From Bugula neritina (taxonomy: Eukaryota > Animalia > Bryozoa), in assembly GCA_964035545.1 (NCBI GenBank), contig OZ037766.1, positions 9,414,722 to 9,478,721 on the forward strand: DNA of 64,000 nt, given 5' to 3'. Below are positions 58,561-64,000 of the stretch, one piece after another (the first letter of the stretch is position 1; each line of letters begins with the position of its first letter). The notes below the pieces were generated by a model. That model was not told where the DNA came from and made no database searches. It was given only the letters and a program-made list of their open reading frames with translations. A program made the translations under genes and the position numbers.

Positions 58561-60133
58561 AATTTATGGAGGGGATAACTTTTAATTCCTATGGCAGCTT
58601 ATCAATTCAAATTACAACCAAAACAATCAACAATGGATACCAACTATTATTTTGAAATGCTATAGCTCAACAAAATAGTTAAAAAGAATAAAAGATTTTA
58701 CCAAAAGCATTACATATTACAAATGTTTGAAAATTAATTTATTAAACACACATTAGACGATACCTTAGTAAAAAAATTTTTTATAGCTCTGCAACTATTG
58801 TGACCAAAAAATATATTTTAGAGCACTCTTGGAATGAATTAGCAGTGAAAGGCGTAACCATGCAATTTCATTTGTCTGCTAGCAGCTCATAAAGAAGGGA
58901 TCAAACTGTTGAACAAGTAAGTACTGCAGCAGCTGTTACTCTTCTCTCTGTTTTCTCAGCACATTGATAGTTGAGGAATATTATATATATATATATATAT
59001 ATATTTGGTATTGGTACAATTTTGGATATAAAAATAAACTTATATATTCATTTTATCGACTACAATATTGAATTCTTTTGATTCATTTTTTAATTATAGA
59101 AACTATATATATATATATATATATTAGAAAGCATCAGTGCAGTTTTTATCATAGCAATGAAATACTTATAAATGCAATCTTTTTTCAACTAGTGTGTTAT
59201 TCCGAAATCAGAAACTTTGGTGACCTAAAAGTTGTATATAATACAATATATAGAATACAACTTAATGCTTTTTTTAATTTTTATTATTTTATTATTATGT
59301 CAGTAATAAAAAGTTGGCTTTTACTGTGTACATTTATTTTACATGGTATACACTTTCATCAAAATTTGGTAGATAAGCTTGCAACACAATGTAATGCACA
59401 GAGGATTGTTTATTGGAGTTATCTCATATACTGACTATCTTAAGCCGAAGTTTAGTTTGGTTTATTTTAGTATGCATGGCAAACAATAATACCTGCAAAA
59501 ATTACAACAAAATGTGTGTAACCAGTAACATTGTTGCTACTGCTAGTCCAAGACAGCTAGTGTAACATAAACGGTCATGATTTTATTGCTGGTTAAAATT
59601 TAGTGATCTTCAACAGTGCTTCTACAGCTGCTTTTTTGTACAGCAGTAATCGAAATGACCATTTTGTATATAGCCTATGCACTAATAACACTATAATAAC
59701 ACTACAACGCTTTCTTTAAAAGCTGTCCTGTTCTTTCTAATGATCATTTTAAAGTTTTCAATTATAACTTATAGTGTAATTCACCGATGGGTCCTATAAC
59801 TAGATTAAATTAATAAGGCTGAATAACTAATTTTGCATATATTATGTATGAAGCAGTATTATTTTAGTTAGCAACAACATAATTTTGTATAGAATTCAAA
59901 CTATGACCAGGCAAATAATCTAAAACTTTTTTTATATATTGAGCAGTTGAGAAAAGGTTTCCAGAACAATTATTGTATTAAGTGCATTTAAGCATACAGA
60001 ATGGCTGGAATAAGTGATACTTATGGATGTAAGTTGTCTTTCCTGCTAAGCATTGACTTTTGCCATGCATATATGGCTTTATTTCGCTCCATGAAAATGC
60101 AGCGAACACAATTTATGCAGAAGTGCATGTGTG

Positions 60134-60318
<185 letters not shown>

Positions 60319-60716
60319 CGTGCGTGTGGTGCAAGTTTTTCTACAACACTCAATTGCATCACTGTTGTCACTAATACTGTAAAGAAATTATAAAGCCTTG
60401 TCATCTGCTGTGCCTAATGATTTATTGTAACATGTTTTTGGTCATAATCTAAAGCCACAATCATTTATCTGCACTGTATGGTCGGCTGCCTTTGTTCTTG
60501 TTTGATTGCTATGTAGTCTAGTTCCATCGGCATGGTTAGTTTTTTGCCAGTCAGTGCAAGAGTGTGAATAATCGTCAGTCTGTTTGGTCATTATAGCTGC
60601 TAACACCAGGTTTTACTCCACAATTTATAAATTATAGCTACCAGCAATTTACATTAAGCTTATAAGTTATACTAATGCAGGAATAGGAGGCAAAGGGTTA
60701 GTGTTTTAGCAATATA

Positions 60717-62017
60717 GGGGTAACGGGGCACAACGGTCATAGGGGTACAAAAAGCCGGCCAAATTGTGAGAGAACTTATTGACTTAGAGTTGTGATTTTT
60801 TTATCATAAAAAGATATTGACGTAATTATTCAGTCTTTGTAGTTTCAACACTTGCGGAACATAAATGTTGAAAAGGCGAGTAAAAAACTGTTTTTACCTA
60901 CTTTTTGTAAATTTTTTAGGATATCGTTAAAGCTTTATAACTTTTTACACCCAAAGGCAAGAAGCCTATATTTTACCAATATTGTTGCCATTGCTTGCCT
61001 CTACATTGCTTAACTAGTATAACAGCAAACACTGAAATAAATTTTCTTTGAGGCACATTTATTTTCAATTTCGCCACGCGGGGCACAATGGGCCAAGCTG
61101 ATTATTGCACCCTGATCACTGTTATTAGTTTGTTTGCCAAAAAAGATGGTTGAAATGTTACTAAAATTTATAGGTATAGCCATTTCTGACCTTTTTGTAA
61201 AATATCAAAGACATCATGATAAGACTACAAAACTACAAGTTGAAGCTCCCCTAATATATACATCTGGTGAGGTTAAAGCTTTGCCATTTTATACATAATA
61301 CAAAACACTCTGCTGTTGCTACTAGTAGGTAGTCATGATAATCATTATATATTACACCATTGAGGGAATATACATGTATTTGGCTAAAATAAATTTTGGT
61401 TTGCTCATTTGCTCCCCCCTCTCCCTTCCGTACTCCAGTCACAAACCTCAGCCATGCATGCACCTCAGCTACAGTTTATACAAAAAAATTCCACTCGAAA
61501 TTTTGTAGTACATATTACTAAAGTTTTTTTTTAATAAACGTTCCTCTGAGGTGAAAATAACAGAACATATTTAGTTCTAAGCAGTAATGATAATGGCACT
61601 GCAGAACCGAGTGACGTGCATTTGATTTTGCCTTCCTCTGCTATCCGTAGTGGCACAAACTGTACAGCTAAAACATGAATTTTGCTGTAGATCTGAAAGA
61701 GTATCTTTATTTATTTGTAATACTAAATAAATAAAGATCATATGTAACAAAATACTCAAAATTTCAATATATTTGTTGTGTCCCACCCAGTGGCCCATTG
61801 TACCCCGGTACCGGGGCACAATGGGCCAATTTTTTCGTCATGAAAATTTCATTATTCTGAAAGTTGTGAGAGAGATAGAAACAACAAACTGGTACCTGTA
61901 ATAGACAACAGATGCAGCATTTAGACTAGAGATTATTGAACTAGTAACTTGAAAAACAGACGAATGAGAGCAACAAATGCAAAATTCGGCCCGTTGTGCC
62001 CCCCCCCCCGTTACCCC
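60717..62017. mobile_element. Non-autonomous TIR element (1.3 kb), TA-flanked, possibly Tc1-mariner/pogo-like
   Basis: GGGGTAACGGGGCACAACGG ... CCGTTGTGCCCCCCCCCCCGTTACCCC, each end flanked by TA; internal copies of GGGCACAATGGGCCAA near 61081 and 61814. Confidence 0.8.
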
Positions 62018-62560
62018 TACTATTTAAACATTATATTTTACTCTTGCTATACAGTGTGTACATTTCATGCTTTTACTATATAAATTTATTGTAGACTTCG
62101 CGGTGTTATTTTAATAAAATACATCAGTTAGAATCTAATCCACCAGAAAAAGCTGCATTATCACACAATAAATATCTAGCAACACTGAAGTGCTGCTAGA
62201 AATAAGGATAGCTATTATGAGTTGAAACTGGTCCACCGGTCTGTCTATACCAAATATCTTTCGAATTAGTGTTGCTTTATTGGAGAATCACGTTGAAACA
62301 ACAGTGTCTTCATGCCATCAAGTAGCTTTTGAGTTTAAGCTTATCCAAGAGCTAGCAAGTATAAATTACTAAAATATTTTGCTATTATAAAAGGCATGTG
62401 CTGTAGATAGGATCCAACAAAGTTTATCTCCCATGTTTGAACAAGACCCTAACAGTGTGATAAGGTAGCAATATGATGACTGATAGGCAATGTGCTGCAT
62501 TGCAGAATCAAATGTTTTGGTGTTCAGTAGATTAACTGCTAAAGCTAAAGTACTTTGTAA

Positions 62561-62613
62561 AAAGGTGCAAGAAGATACAAGAAGGTACCAGAAGGTGCAA
62601 GAAGGTGCAAGAA
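62561..62613 (+). repeat. 10-bp tandem repeat (GAAGGTGCAA-like, 5 units) just upstream of the carrier ATG
   Basis: AAAGGTGCAA GAAGATACAA GAAGGTACCA GAAGGTGCAA GAAGGTGCAA. Confidence 0.85.
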
Positions 62614-62638
62614 AAGCTAAAAGTACACATAAAATAAA

Positions 62639-64000
62639 ATGTCTTCTACTGAAAATATTCAGTCTGGCAAGAGAGAAGTCTATCTCAGGTTCTTGTTGGG
62701 AGGTTTATCAAATGGCACCGGCTCAGCAGGTGAAGTTGCATGTGTCCTACCAGTTATTGCTACTATTAATAGATATAGCAATATCAAAAAGCAGTGCATA
62801 TTGTAATGAAAAATATGTATTTTAAAATTATTTAAAAAATTTTTTGCAAGCATATTACATAATAATATAGTTTTAAAACAGTAGTACTATAGTATAAATT
62901 TTTATGCATGCTAAAAAAGCTGTGAGAATTAATATTTAATTGTTGTAGAACCAAATCTTAATTATATTTATTTCACTCACTTCAACCCGTTTTTGAATGG
63001 CTAAATATTAACATATATTATAACATAATGTTATAATAGGTATTAGAGCTCTATGTTTCGCTATGCTACAACGTTGTTATAATAAACCAGATGTATTATA
63101 GCAGCTAGGTATGGGCATAGTTAAAATAGCAAAAACTATGGCTATCACTTCTGTACCTAATTAACCCGTTAGATTGCAGATTGCATAATTTTGTTCAGAA
63201 TTGATTTATTATAGCTATTTAGTAAAATAAAGACTTGGTCTCAACTATATAAACAAATCAAGCATATGATGGCTCCTTATTTTGCATGTACTGCTCAATA
63301 AATAAGACCTCTCTCTGTTACAGTAATGCACCCAATGGACACCATGAAGGTTCGGCTGCAGTTAGACAATGAGCTCTCAGCTAAAACTAATAACATATTT
63401 AAAGATAGATACTACAAAGGAGTGTTTAGAGGTTGTTACAGAGTGATTAGTGAAGAAGGTATTAGGGCTCTGTACAGAGGGTAGTATAGAAGTAATAAAT
63501 ACCCTAGCTGTACCAACAGCTAGTTCAAGAGTAATGATTGCAAGCCTTTTGCACAACGTATCGTATTTTATCATTCAAGTTGCGAAGTGGCTGCGCAGCA
63601 GGTTTTAGCTGGCATACCAAATCTTACGGTAAATCATCTATTATAGAGCTTTTCTTGAGCTGTCCATGACAGTCTTAAACCATGTGGCAAATAACGGAAA
63701 ATTGTCAATCAGCAATATGTCCCTAAACTCAAACTTGTACCACATCTTCATTGATTAAACTGAGATATTCTGCAACCATTTACAAGCTAATGTTGACCCC
63801 TATTCTAAAATTTTAAGAATAAATCTTAATTCATCTGTGGGAGCATCCATTCGCATAATGCAAGGCAATAGAAACGCAGTGCATTACTCTGAACTTTTGA
63901 GAGTGAATCTTCTCCTTGTAGTCTTACTGCTTCCATGCTCCGTGAAATCACATATAGTTCTATAAGAAGTGGCTTCTACGAGCCAATCAAAGTTCTTCTT
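62639..64000 (+). CDS. SLC25 mitochondrial carrier (UCP-like subgroup), 5' part. Exons 62639-62729, 63324-63480, 63922 to the window end
   Basis: Not in the ORF track. Spliced translation MSSTENIQSGKREVYLRFLLGGLSNGTGSAVMHPMDTMKVRLQLDNEL...YKGVFRGCYRVISEEGIRALYRGLTASMLREITYSSIRSGFYEPIK contains the Px[DE]xx[KR]x[RK] and EGxxxLY[RK]G carrier signatures. Confidence 0.92.

Overview
AT-rich, intron-rich DNA from an invertebrate animal (inferred from gene content and GT-AG exon structure; the species cannot be read from the sequence). Left third: a tandem array of four plus-strand zinc-finger genes, one 5'-truncated and three reconstructable, each encoding RING-ZZ-ZZ, a probable lineage-specific E3 ligase family. 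Two paralogs share a 261-bp perfectly identical RING exon while their ZZ exons have diverged. One paralog has a complete 10,036-bp Ty3/Gypsy LTR retrotransposon (9645-19680) in intron 3. It has 307-bp LTRs, a CTTG target-site duplication (TSD), a tRNA-Leu primer-binding site, a -1 frameshift signal and a damaged pol. In the env position it carries a non-env third ORF (two zinc fingers, basic SP-rich segment, coiled coil). That ORF can be spliced in frame to the first 14 gag codons through a strong donor, a perfect TACTAAC branch point and a TTTTTCAG acceptor. A 2.56-kb non-autonomous element with CACAG-starting terminal inverted repeats (TIRs) is nested in the retrotransposon, and a second copy sits 14 nt upstream of an exon of a neighbouring gene. 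Middle and right: ZZZ3 (minus strand, 8 exons), a 17-exon Echinoid-like 7xIg/2xFN3 receptor (minus strand; one GC-AG intron; inverted SINE pair around exons 2-4), and the 5' part of an SLC25 mitochondrial carrier. Solo LTRs, MITEs and microsatellites are scattered through the window. All gene models were spliced by hand from the sequence and have no transcript support.
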